From the human T2T-CHM13v2.0 reference genome, Homo sapiens, in the NCBI RefSeq assembly GCF_009914755.1, contig NC_060927.1: a stretch of 64,000 bases of DNA; one strand, 5' to 3'. This document shows, one piece after another, positions 1 to 16,649 of this stretch. Every line of letters starts with the position of its first letter. Position 1 is the stretch's first letter. Both the position numbers and the translations under genes were made by a program. Below the pieces are notes generated by a model that was not told the origin of the DNA, did not search any database, and worked only from the letters and a program-made list of their open reading frames with translations.

Positions 1-265
1 TTGGAAGGCCGAGGCAGGTGGACCACCTGAGGTTAGGAGTTCGAGACCAGCCAGACTAACATGGTGAAACCCTGTCTCTACTAAAAATACAAAAATTAGC
101 CAAGCATGGTGGTACACACTTGTAGTCTCAGCTACTTGGAGGATAAAGTATGAGAATTGCTTGAATCTGGGAGACAGAGGTTGCAGTGAGCTGAGATCAC
201 GCCACTGCACTCCAGCCTGAGTGACAGAGCAAGACTCTGTCTCAAAAAAAAAAAAAGAAGGAAAA
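1..265 (+). mobile_element. Alu (AluS; truncated by window edge)
   Basis: Dimeric Alu sequence with A-tail. Confidence 0.9.
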
Positions 266-585
266 AAAAGGAATGTAATACAGCTGGCAAATACATTCTA
301 ATTCTGTTGTAAGACTTTAGAAAATGGTAGCAAACACAGGAATACAGTAAGACCATCTGAAAATTGTGCAGTAATAAACATTACAAATTACTTCTTTAAA
401 TAAAAGACAAAACGCCTGAAACTAAGTACTCATGCCTTTTAATAAATTGAAAAGCCCTTGAGCTTTCAGAGATAAAAAACATTTTCCTTTAATGAATAAT
501 CAAAGTCAGTTAGCGAAGATCATCATATTCCCTAAACTTTTTAGTAGTTATCTCATACTTATCAATTTCTGAAACTATTGTTGCT

Positions 586-735
586 TTTTTTTTTTTTTTT
601 TTAGAGACAGGGTCTTGCACAGGCTGGAGTACAAATGGAGCGATCATAGCTTACTGCAGCCTGTGCAACTCCTGGGCTCAAGGGATCCTCCCACCTTAGC
701 CTCCCAAGTAGCCACCATGTCTGGCTACTTTTTAT
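586..735 (-). mobile_element. Alu right-arm fragment (AluJ/FRAM)
   Basis: T-tract then gagacagggtcttgc...ctcctgggctcaag. Confidence 0.8.
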
Positions 736-894
736 TCCATTCCTCTAAAAAACCTAAGGGAGGTAAGAGTGTAAGTTGAAATGGTTTACTAGACATGTGA
801 TATTTACGGGGTAGTTAGTGTTTTACTAAAAAAATTCACACTTTGCATTTTATTCTGTAATACATGCACCCTTGCTTGTTAAGAAAATAATGCT

Positions 895-1060
895 TCAAAT
901 CATTAGTATGCAAAGTGTGATCCTTGGACCACGAGCATGAGCACTATCTTGGAGACTGTTAGAAATGCAGAATCTCAGGCCCCATTCTAGAGCTATTGAA
1001 TAAGAACTGGCATTTTAACAAGATCCTCAGGTAATTTGCATACACATTTAAAATACTATT
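895..1060. mobile_element. MER5A-like hAT fossil
   Basis: caaagtgtgatccttggacc...gttagaaatgcagaatctcaggcccc...cattttaacaagatcctcaggtaatt. Confidence 0.75.
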
Positions 1061-1439
1061 AAACACATTCTTTACTCAAATTCAACTCTCTAGCTAGTTT
1101 TGTTTCTGACTTTATTTCTCTAGTCATTGGTAACTCTCTTAAAAAATGGCAGCAACTCCTTCACCACTTTCTGCTGTTTTGCCCTAACACCCTTCACTCC
1201 ACTGACTGAGTTCTTCTCCAATTTTAATTTTCATATAGGCTACCTGTTTGTGTCTCTCTTCCTTATTCCTACTAAGTTCCCCTCTTACTCTCAAACTTGA
1301 GCATTCATAGAATCGTTTCTTCACTGACATTCTAGCACAAATCAAAAACACTTTTTAACAAATAAAATTGAGAGTCCTAGGTTTCTAGATGTTCTTTACT
1401 TCTTTTGCAACTCTATTTTGTTTGCTTATTTATTTTAAT

Positions 1440-1739
<300 letters not shown>

Positions 1740-2165
1740 CTATTTTCAAGCATTTCTAAACGAAGAAGTTAAGTTATTCAGGAGTTCTTCAGGTTTAATT
1801 TACTGTTTCTCCAATGACACGGCAGTAGTAGGAAATACAGATTACAATATATTAAAAAAAAAAAAACCCACACCATTTTGGTGGAAAAACCGAAGTTTAC
1901 TTGAGAAAACAGATCCTGACATATAAGTGTTAATTACAAAATTGTTTAAGCAATAACTGAATATAGCACATGGAAATATTGCTATGAGGCTCGTACAACT
2001 ATCAATTAAAACATGAATTTGTATTTTTCTTTCTCCTTACTAAATAATTTTCAAACAAGATAAAACTAATGTTATTAACAGTCTGACAATTTTCAAAAAC
2101 TGTTTAATGTAATGTAAAAGCTACAGGCATAAAAACAAAAGGCAACAATAAAAAAAAGGTATGCA

Positions 2166-2584
<419 letters not shown>

Positions 2585-2716
2585 TCATGCAATTCATGAA
2601 GGTAACTTTATAAGAAACAGACTTGTTTTTATTTGATTGAAAAAAATTAAAATGAATTGACATTTAAAATGTAATATAATAAAAGAAATAAGGAATTATC
2701 TTAAAACATTTTTTAC

Positions 2717-2831
2717 CTCACTTTCAAGAAAGAAAAGAACCAGCATCCTAATGAGGTTTCCATTCGGGCTGTTTCTTCCCCTCCTCTTTGCTAATGCTTC
2801 TTCTGCTTGTGGGTCATGTCTGCTAAATAGC
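2717..2831 (-). CDS. STAG1: STAG1 internal coding exon (115 nt, probably exon 14)
   Basis: tttccag|GCTATT...AGTGAG|gtaaaa; [38 protein letters not shown]; phase 2 to 0. Confidence 0.96.
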
Positions 2832-2967
2832 CTGGAAATGAAAAACAGGGCATTGCAAAGTTACATGAATATGAACTTTAGTCTTCCCTCAACACACAAA
2901 TCATTTCAGTGTTTAACAACAACAACAACAAAAAGGGGGAGCAGGGAGAACGAGCATCAGAGATCAG

Positions 2968-3273
<306 letters not shown>

Positions 3274-3470
3274 CTATTTCAATAGAAATATGTAACTGAT
3301 GTCATTATAGGTCGGAAAATGGTGGCATCTGAACAATGTCCTACAGGTTAAACTAGATATAAAATGTAAAGGGAAACTTTTACAATGAACAATCAATGTT
3401 CAAATATGTGTGAAAATGATAAGGACTGCTATTATCCTGTATGATTGATACTAGAATATGTAATTTTTAA

Positions 3471-3768
<298 letters not shown>

Positions 3769-3993
3769 TAATTATAACATATAACCAAATGTTTCATCAA
3801 TAATTTAAAAAATTCACACCTTATTATCTGGAAACATTATCTATGAACCCAATAGTTTTTAGTAAAATGACATTAATGGTAAATTAATAAAATATCATGT
3901 AGTAACAAAACATCTGAAATATGGCAAAAAAAAAGATTTGAAATTTTTAATTTGTTTAGATTTATTCTAACAAAACTTAAAAACTGCTAAGTT

Positions 3994-4292
3994 GGCCGGG
4001 CACGGTGGCTCACGCCTATAATCCCAGCTCTTTGGGAGGCCGAGGCAGGCAGATCATGAAGTCAGGAGATTGAGACCATCCTGGCTCACACAGTGAAACC
4101 CCATCTCTACTAAAAATACAAAAAATTAGCCGGGCGTGGTGGCGGGCGCCTGTAGTCCCACCTACTCGGGAGGCTGAGGCAGAAGAATGGCATGAACTCA
4201 GGAGGTGGAGCTTACAGTAAGCCGAGATCGCGCCACTGCACTCCAGCCTGGGTGACAGAGCGAGACTATGTCTCAAAAAAAAAAAAAAAAAA
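3994..4292 (+). mobile_element. AluY
   Basis: AluY diagnostics, A-tail, TSD aaaa(c/t)tgctaa. Confidence 0.9.
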
Positions 4293-4784
4293 TTGCTAAA
4301 GGTATCTTATTTCTAGGCATTGCTCTAGGTAAAAGGGAATCTTAGGAACAAACGACAAAATCCCTGTTCTCATGGAGCTCTCACTTTAGTGAATAAACGG
4401 TAGATAAGTATATACTGTTGCTGGTTATAAAGAAAAGTAAAAAAAAAAAACGGTATATGTATATAGCATGTACTAGTTTATACATAAAAGTCAGAGTAGG
4501 CCTCTCAAATGAGAGGCAAAATAACTGAATAAAATGAGAATAATTTCATGTGATATTAAAATAAACCAATCTCTACCAGAAAACGACCACAGAGAAGCTG
4601 AGGTTTTCTGGGGGGGCAGGTGAGGAGGAAGGCATATTAGGGGACTAGAGAACTTATCTTGAAGCTATATCTATAATCTATATAGCTGTCATTTAAGAGA
4701 AGGTTCTGTTTAATGGGTGACTTTCAGAGGGGTGGTAAAAGGAAAATATGAATATCCCTGATAACTGAAATATACCAATCTATT

Positions 4785-5373
<589 letters not shown>

Positions 5374-7726
5374 TAAATAATTCCATTTATTGCATATAAA
5401 TAAGGTATTGAGGAATTTGCTTAAATTTTGAGTATTAAAATGTGGAATTTTTGATCATGTAGTAAAACATTCATTTCAGACAGATCTTACTACTTTTTGG
5501 ATGATTGGTTAATATTGTGAATAGCTTATGACTAGACTACAAGACACTATACGTGTGTGGATGTGTACATTTATGTATCTTTGAAAGCTGATCATGGAAC
5601 TCCTGGGGATACACCATAGCTTATTTAAGATTTTCTAAGTCACCATATTAAATGATGGAAGAATGATAAAAGAGATCATTAATCAAGTCATCAAACTGTA
5701 AGTTTCTCCAAGACACGGGCCTAAAAAACATTTATGGAGTGAAGCTTTCATTTGCATAAGAATTGGCTTGATTTTCACAAAGAAACAAAAACTAATGGAG
5801 GCTTATCCTTCTGGATTTCTGTGGCAGATATTCTAATAAAAACTTTTTTTGGTGTTGTGATATCAGCAAGATGGTGGAACAGAAGATTGCCGAGCATCAC
5901 TCCCCCTACCAAGATACAACCAGAAACTATTCAAACACAAGGATACCACCCTGAATATGCTAGAACTCTGAAGAGAAGTGGAGAAACCCTCTGGGCCCAC
6001 AGAATCAAGAAACTATGATTAGTAAGAGAAACAGTCATTTCACACGGTGCCAACTGCCCCCTCCCTACAAGCTGGCAAAACTCAAAGAGAATTTCCCTAG
6101 ACCCATGATTCTGGTAAGAGGGAATTAGAAGTGGAAAATTGCTCTCCTTGCTGGTCTGGGCATCTTTGCAAGAAGCCCACTCCAGTTCCATCCCACGGAA
6201 CCACTGGGAGTGCCTGGAGGCCAGAAACACCTGGGGTGAACTGGGGAGAAAGAATAGGGTGCTGATCACAGCAACTGGTGCACATCACAGCAACTGGTGC
6301 ACGGATCTTGGCAGCCACTCGGCACATTGGCCAGTGGGAATGCCATGTTGAAGGGAGTGGCCAGTGCAAAAGCACTGCAAGGGGCACAATCCAAGCGAAG
6401 GATCAAATCCCTAGATGTATTTTCCACAAAGCCCAGGTGACTGTATAAAGTCTTTCCTTGGCCTGGAAACAACTAAAAGGTCAGGATTAAGTTGCAGTAC
6501 CCACTTAAGGATTTCCCAGGTTGGGAAATAATGTAAGGCCAGCAATATAGTTCCAGGGAAGTGTTTAAGCTCCAGTACTAAGAGTCTTCACCAGACTGAG
6601 AAAGAACAGAAGTGCAGTGACTTGGTTCTGGAATACTGTTTAAATTCCACTATAAGTTCTTGCCAGACCAAGAAAAAAACAAGAGGCCAGGGTTCAAGTT
6701 CTGAAACTAAGAAGTAAAGGTCTAACACTACCAAAGAAAACTTGCAAAAAAGTGGAAGCGGTAGCTATCTCTTCAAATACACAAGCATCAACTTAAGTCA
6801 GGGAAATATTACACTACCAAACAAAACCAGCAGAGGTCCAGCAACAGATCCAGAAAAACTGAAGATCTATGAAATGTCTGACAGGCAATTCAGGGTAATC
6901 CTCTTAAAAAGAATTTTAAGGAATTACATACACACAAAAAATCCAAATAGAAAACTAAATCAAATTTGAAAAACAAAATGAGAAATATGATGAATAGAAA
7001 CAATTTTTAAAAATCAAATATACATCCTAGAAATAAAGAATATAACTGAAGTGAAAAACTCACTAGAAAGCTTCAACAGCAAACTTGACCAAACAGAGGA
7101 AAGAATTAGTAAGCCTGAAGGCAGAACTTATGAAATTACCTAGTCAGAAGAGCAAAAAGAAAAAAAGAATTTAAAAAGCCTATGAGAATTATGGGACACG
7201 TTCAAGCAAACTAACTTCTGCAAAATTAGCATTCCCAAAGGAGACGAGAGAGAAAAAGGGCCTGGAAAGCATATTAAAAGAGTAAGGCTGAAAATTCCCC
7301 AAATCTGGAGAAAGACAACAGCATCCAGGAACAGAAAGCTCAGATGTCATCAAACAAATTCAACCCAAAGAGGAATTTCCCAAGGCATATCATAATCAAA
7401 TTAACAAAAATCAAGGACAAAGAAGAAATATTCAAAGCATCAAAAGAAAAGAATCATATCATATTCAATGGAGCTCCTATATGGCTTTCAGTAGATTTAT
7501 CAGCAGAAATCTTGAAGGTCAGGATAGACTGGGATGCTATATTCAAAGTTTTGAAGAAAGAAAACTGCTATCCAAGAATACTGTACCTAACAATATCCTT
7601 CAAACATGAAAGACAGATAAAGACTTTCCCAGACAAATAGAAGCTGAGGGAATTCATCAACACCAGAGCTGCCTTATAAAAAATGCCAAAAGGAGTTCTT
7701 CAATTTGAAAGAAATGAATGCTAATG

Positions 7727-8344
7727 TGTTGGCAGAAAAGCTCAGGCAGGATTGGCTTGTCTGTCATAATATAAAAGAGTCTTGGAAAATGTCCGGGGTC
7801 CAGGGTCTAAAACCCCTCATGGCCTTTGGAACAGCAAAGTCTGTGCCAAAGGGTGGAAGGCTGCCCTGCCGCACCACAAATATAAGCCCAGGCATAAAAC
7901 CCCTCGTAGCTTGGATGGAATCCAAGGCTCAGAGCATAAAACCCCTCGTGGCCTCTGGAATGTGCGCAGACTTGTTGGTTGCTCTCCCAGGCTCGTAAAC
8001 ATGTTCTCCATTATCTCAAGCAGCAGAGCATATTTTATATGCATCAAAGAAAATAGTAAACTGTCACAGATAACGCTTGATGCACCGCTACCTTTCTACC
8101 CCTACGTCCTCATGTCCTCACCTGTTTACCCCCACATCCAAACGTCCTCACCACCTGCTTCTTTCTTTCATCACCAATAAATAGTGTGGGCTCCCAGAGC
8201 TCGGGGCCTTCGCAGCCTCCATACCAGCGTTGGCCCCCTGGACCCACTTTATGCACTCATTCTTAACTTGTCTTTTCTCATTCCTTTGACTCTGCTGGAC
8301 TTCGTAGCCCCCACGGCCTGCTGTTGGGTCTGATCACCCCAACA
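7727..8344 (+). mobile_element. Solo LTR, ERVK class (LTR14-family/HML-1-like), 618 bp
   Basis: TGTTGG...CCAACA inverted termini, perfect 6-bp TSD ctaatg (7721-7726, 8345-8350), AATAAA near 8176; family assignment from recalled consensus. Confidence 0.82.
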
Positions 8345-8454
8345 CTAATGTGTGACAAGAAAACTTCAAGGTATAAAACTCACTGGTAAAAGTAAGAAAA
8401 CTGAAAAAAATTCAGAGTACTTTAAAATGCAGCAAGTAAATGACTTATATCTTA

Positions 8455-8660
<206 letters not shown>

Positions 8661-8819
8661 ACTGCAACAATTGCTGAGATAAGCAAAATTTTTAAAATGT
8701 AAATTGAAACACAGAAAAGCCAAAACATGGGAGGGGAGCAGTGTTAAAGTGTAAAGTTTATTTATGATACTTTACAATCAAAGTTATTATAAGTTTAAAA
8801 TAAACTGTATTTTTTTCTG

Positions 8820-9207
<388 letters not shown>

Positions 9208-9535
9208 TAATAGATACACCAGAAATAAACAGCACAGAATCAAAATATATTATTAGATAACTAAAAGGAAGACAGTGAGAGAGAGAAAAAAATCAATGGG
9301 ATCTACAAAACAACCAGAAAACAAGCAACAAAATGGCAATAGTAAACACATGCCCATCAACAATAATCCTGAAGGTAAATGGATTAAATTATCAAATTGA
9401 AAGACATATAAAGTGGCTGAAACGATTAAAAAAAAACATGACCCAATTATATTATGCCGTAAGAAACTCACTTCATCTATAAAGACACACACAGACTGAA
9501 AGTGAAGGTATGGAAAAAGATAATCCATGCACTTA

Positions 9536-10032
<497 letters not shown>

Positions 10033-11003
10033 TCACAAATATATTTAAAAACTTAAGACATAAGGAAAGAGAGTAACTGCAATGTAATAGGAGTAGTAGG
10101 GGACTTCAACGTGCAATTTTCAGCAATGGGAAGATTATCCAGACGGAAAAAGAATCAATGTTTCCAAAGAAACACTGGAGTTAAACTGCATTCTAGACCA
10201 AATGGACCTAACATACATTTACAGAACATTCCATCTAACAGTTGCAGAATACTCATTTTTCTAGTAGCAAATGAAATATTCTCCAGGACAGGCTACAAGG
10301 TCACAAAAGAAGTCAATAGATTTTAAAATATTGAATGCATATTGAGTATCTTTTTTAACCATAATGCAATAAAACTAAAAATCAATTACAGAAGGAATGG
10401 AAATTGTTCAAGTTCATGTAAATTAGACAACACGCTCCTGAACAACAAATGGTTCAAAGAAGAAATTTTAGAATTTCGTGAGAGAAAAGAAAATAGAAAC
10501 ACAACATACTAAAACCTATGAAGTACAGTACAGCTAAAGCAGTTCTAAAGGAAAGTTTATACCAATAAGTATCTATATCAAAAAACTAGCAAAACTTCAA
10601 ACAGACAACAATAATGAAAGGTATCAAGGAACTAGAAGACCCACACAAAAACAACAACAACAACAACATCAAAAAACAAACCAAAATTAGCCGAAGGAAA
10701 GGAATAATAAAGATCAGAGAATAAATGTAATTAAGACTAAATACAAAAGACCAATGAAACCACAATTGGTTTTTTAAAAAATAAACAAAATGGACAAACC
10801 TTTAGCTGAACTAAAAAAAAGAATATCCAAATAAAATCAGAGACAGAAAAAGAGACATTACAATGGTTACAAGAGAAATACAAAGGATCAGTAAAAACTA
10901 TTATACACATCTGTATACCAACAAAATGTAAAACCTAAAAGAAATGAATAAATTCTTGGACACATACAACCTAACATAAATGAACCATAAAGAAATAGAA
11001 AAC

Positions 11004-11354
<351 letters not shown>

Positions 11355-14280
11355 CTAATAAAGTCTCCCCCCCCAAAAAAAAAAGCCCGGTACCTGATGG
11401 CTTCACTGCAGAATTCTACCAAGCATTTAAAGAAGAACTAACACCAATTCTACTCAAACTATTCCAGAAAATTGAAGATAAGGGAATACCTCCAAGCTCA
11501 TTCTACAAGGTCAGCATCACCCTGATGCCAAAACCAGACAAAGACAAAATAACAACAACAAAACAACAACAAAAACTATTAGACAATATCCCTAGTAAAC
11601 ATGCATGTAAAAATTCTCAACAATAACTACCAAACCAAATTTAACAACATATCCACAAGGTACTGTACCATAATCAAGCAGGATTTATATCAGGGACACA
11701 AAGATAGTTTAACCATATGCATTATCAGTAAATGTGATACATCACATCAACAGACTGAAAGACAAAACTCATATGACCCTCTCAACAGAGAAAAAGCATT
11801 TGAAAGAAATCAACACCCCTTCATGATAAAAACTCTCAACAAACTAGCAAAGATGAAACACATCTCAAAATAATAAAGTCCACATATGACAAACCCACAG
11901 CTACAATTACATTAAATGGGGAAAAGGTGAAAGCCTTTCCCATAAGAACTCAAGACCAGGATGCCAACTTTCACCACTTTTATACAACATAGTACTAAAA
12001 GTCCTAGTCAGAGCAGTTAGGCAAGAGAATGAAATAAAAGACATCCAAATTGGAAAGAAGTCAAATCATCTTTGTTTGTGGATGGCATAATCTTATATTT
12101 AGAAAAACAGACTCCGCCCAAAAAATTGTTGTGAGAACTAATAAATTCTGAAAAGTAGCAGAATACAAAATCAACATAAAAATCAGTAGCATTCTTGTAC
12201 AGCAAAAGTGAACAATCTGAAAAAGAAGTCAAGAAGTCAATCCCATTTCCATTAACTAGCAAGACTCCGTCTTGAAAAAAAAAAAAAAAGAGAAAGAAAA
12301 CACTGGGGATTCTTAAGAATATTAGTCTGGGTAGAGTTTTGGGGCAAGACCTCAATAGCATGGGCAATAAAAGGAAAAACAGACAAATGAGATTATATTA
12401 AGCAAAAAAGTTTCTATACAGCAAAGGGATCAATAAAGAGACAACCTGCAGAGTGGGTGAAAATATCGGCCAACTATTCATCTGACAAGGGATTAGTAAC
12501 CAGAATATATAAGGTACTCAAACAACCCCTTAGCAAAAACGAAAACAATCCAATTTACAAATGGGCAAATGATCTGAACGGACATTTCTCAAAGGAAGAC
12601 ATACCAGTGGCCAACTGGTATACAAAAAGTGCTCTCATTATTTATTATAAAGAAAGTGCAAATAAGAAATCACAATGAGATATCATCTTACCTCATTTTC
12701 AATAGCTATTATCATAAAGACAAAAAAATAACATGCTGGCCAGGATGCAGAGAAAGGTGAATGCTAGTACACTGTTGGTGGGAATGTAAATTAGTACAGC
12801 AACAGTGGAAAACAGTATGGAAGTTACTCAAAAAACTAAAAATATCTACCATATGATCAAGCAACTCCACTGCTAAGTATATATCTACAAGAAAAAAATC
12901 AGCATATCAAAGAGATATCTGCACTGCCATGTTTACTACAGCACTATTCATAGTAGTGATACATGGAATCAACCTAAGTGTTCACCAGCGTTTGAATGGA
13001 TAAACAAATGTGGTATATATACACAATGGAATACTATTTAGCCATAAAAAGGAAATCCTGTCATTTGCAGTGACACAGATGGAACTAGATGACATTATGT
13101 TAAGTGAATTAAGCCAAGCACAGAAGGACAAATATCTCATGTTCTCACTTTAATGTGGGAGCTAAAAAAAAGATTGATCTCCTGGAGGGGCAGTAGAATG
13201 ATCGCTACCAGAGGGTGGAATAAAGAGAGGTTGGTTAATGGGTTCAAAAATACAGTTAGAAGAAATAAGTTTTAGTGTTTGATACCACAGTAGGGTGACT
13301 ATAGTTAACAATAATTTATGGAATATTTCAAAATATTTATTAATAGAAGATTTGGAAAGTTCCCAACACAAAGAAATAATACATATTTGAGGTGATGGAT
13401 ATCCCATTTACCTAATTTCACCATTACACATTAGGTGCATGCATCAAAATATCACATGTACCCTATAAATATGCATTTATCAATTTTTAAAAGTATAAAA
13501 AATTTAGCCAATATTTCAAACATAGAAAAATATAATACAGACATAAAATAAGTATATTCTAAGACTTTTTCTAACTCAAGAGTTACCAGTTTATGGCTTC
13601 TATTATACAGAGAACCAATCTCATAAGTTTATTTTTCTCTCTGAAACTACAGAAGCAACAAATTATTTCTAAAAACACGAAGTTCTTTGAAAAGTAGAGA
13701 ATAGAGACTAATTAGAATAAAATAATGCTGAAAAAAGAAAGACTACAGTACATTCTTGGTATCAGTGACAGACAACATCCAAAGATAAATATAAAATCAG
13801 CATTATTCTACTAGCCAGAGCTGTCAGAGTCACTAGGAAATGCAATATTATTTTAAGTCATGCCTGAAAACCTTGACTTTCTTCCTCTTCATTTTCTTTG
13901 CCAGCATGCCCAGTAAGTAGCTGGTTTCTTTCTTAACAGAGATTTCTTACATAGAAATAACTTTTCTCACTTTGAGAGGTACAAGTGAGTAGAGAACAAT
14001 TTGTTATTGTAGCACTGAATGCAGATACTGGAGAGAGGACCAGGCCTGCTCATTATCAAAGTTAGTCAATGATGCACAACAGTTGCCTAGTCCATGATTT
14101 ATAGTTGTACTTCAGCATAAGAAGAAGTTAGAATACATAATAAACTTTTAAAATCACTTGTGAATATTATTCAAAGCTAGTAATTTAAATCCATGAACAA
14201 AAATCCAAAACACAAAACAAAGCAAAAAGATACACACCTATAACCAAGAATATGTTTATATTTTAAATATGAATTAATCA

Positions 14281-14411
14281 ACTGGGTACAGTGGCTCATG
14301 CCTGTAATCCCAACACTATGGGAGGCTGAGGTGGGAGGATCACTTCAGGCCAGGAGTTCAAGACCAGCCTGGGCAAGACAGCAAGACCCCATCTCTCTAA
14401 AAAAAAAAAAA
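14281..14411 (+). mobile_element. Alu left monomer (FLAM)
   Basis: Monomer with A-tail leading into a microsatellite. Confidence 0.8.
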
Positions 14412-14421
14412 TGTGTATATG

Positions 14422-14489
<68 letters not shown>

Positions 14490-14612
14490 TATACATACAT
14501 ATATACACATATATTCATATATACATATATACATACATATATAAATATATATTTATATATACATACATACATATATACTTATATATACATATATACTTAC
14601 ATATAATATATA
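14412..14612. repeat. Compound (TG)n/(CA)n/(TA)n microsatellite
   Basis: Directly visible. Confidence 0.95.
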
Positions 14613-14833
14613 TTTTAAAATGATTTAAAGAATGAGTTAATCTACTAATCAATTATAGAACATATACAGTAAATCACGCTAAAACATGTACATCCTAAAT
14701 GTTTACATGCATACACTCTCATTAACGTTATGCTTTACAAAAAAATAAGGTTTAAAAAAAATTAAACTGCAACTATATATATATAAAACTTTCAGAATTA
14801 CTATGAATTACTGATTAAAATAATCCTGATCAT

Positions 14834-15139
<306 letters not shown>

Positions 15140-15572
15140 ATCATCATAATGGAAAGAATGAAAAAAAATTAAAATTTGGAAGGCATTTTAAAGGTGATAC
15201 TGCTTCAAATTTAGATTACAAATGTTAAGAAAGTAAGATCAGACCTCAGAATTTTAAAGAAAAAACTAGTGTGATGAATTATCAATTACGTTAGCTTTTA
15301 TAAATTTCATGCATTCCTCCAATCTCCACTCACATCTAGCTGAGAATCATCCTCTCAGATTTCAGAAAAAAGGAGTATGTCACAAGGTACAGCATCCTCA
15401 AGGCTGTGATTCACCATGTATACATAGGCTGTGAGGCTGTTATAGCCCCTGGAGTATCAGATGGACATTTTCAGCACTGTGTTCAGTCACTATTACTCTC
15501 TTCTACAAACTCTAAAACAACAAGAAAACAACATAGAAAAGTAGAACCGGTTTTCAAAGATAATTAGCTCAC

Positions 15573-15680
15573 TTTTTGTGAAGGAACTCTCCAGCTGCCA
15601 CAGCAACAGGGCGATGTGCCGAGTACACCAAGTGGTAAACATTTTCACAGTCTTCATTGGAAAGAGCTTCTTCACTTCCA
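15573..15680 (-). CDS. STAG1: STAG1 internal coding exon (108 nt, probably exon 13)
   Basis: tttttcag|TGGAAG...CAAAAA|gtgagc; [35 protein letters not shown](K); phase 2 to 2. Confidence 0.96.
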
Positions 15681-15914
15681 CTGAAAAATACAGAAAGTAA
15701 CATCTGATCTAAAGCAAATGTTTATTTTCCTTTCTACTTTTATTTAAACTTGCTAAAGTTCATTATAAAGCTCAAGACTTAATAATTGTTGTCTCATCTT
15801 TTATCTTACTTTGAAAGTAATGTTTCCCCTTTAAGTATAAAAGACAATAATGTAAAATTCAGAAAATACAGATTCAACGAGAAGAAAATAAAATGCTCAC
15901 AATTCTTCTACAGC

Positions 15915-16213
15915 TTTTTTTTTTTTTTTTGAGACAGAGTCTTGCTCTGTCAACTAGGCTGGAGTACAACACCATGATCTTGGCTCACTGCAACCTCTGC
16001 CTCCCGGGTTCAACTGATTCTCCTGCCTCAGCCTCCTGAGTAGCTGAGATTACAGGTGCCCAACACCACGCTCAGCTAATTTTTTGTATTTTTAGTAGAA
16101 ACGGGGTTTCGTCATGTTAGGCAGACTGTTCTCTAACTCCTGATCTCAGATAATCCAGCTGCTACATCCTCCCAAAATGCTGGGATTATAGGTGTGAGTC
16201 ACTGTGCCTGGCC
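15915..16213 (-). mobile_element. Alu (AluS)
   Basis: Full dimer. Confidence 0.9.
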
Positions 16214-16649
16214 GCCTTCTAGTCTGTGGGACAGAGCAAGACTCTTGCCTCAAAAAAAAAAAAAAAAAAAAAAAAAAAGGGAAAAGGAAGAGACAAAACT
16301 GAAATTGTTTGCAGGTTATATAATAATATACATACTAAAACCAACAAAATCAACAAAGTATTAGAATGCATTCTAGGACTCAGAATAAGAGCTCAAATAG
16401 GGTCCACATATTAGACCAACACAAAAATTGAAGGTTCTCTTCCTCAGCAATAACCAAGCAGAAAATACTAAATACTATTCTAACAAAAACAGCATAAGGC
16501 ATTTCAGAATTAACCTACTAACTAATGCATAACCTCTACGAAAAAATTAAACCCTATAAGACCTAATGGTATTTTTAAAAAGAAATCCAGCTGAGCATGG
16601 CAGTGCATGCCTGCCATCCCAGCTACTTGTGAGGCTAAGAAAATAGAGG

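Noticed and set aside
7705-8180. Overlapping ORFs of 76-132 aa inside the solo LTR
   Set aside because: No retroviral protein motifs; chance ORFs in a GC-richer repetitive LTR.
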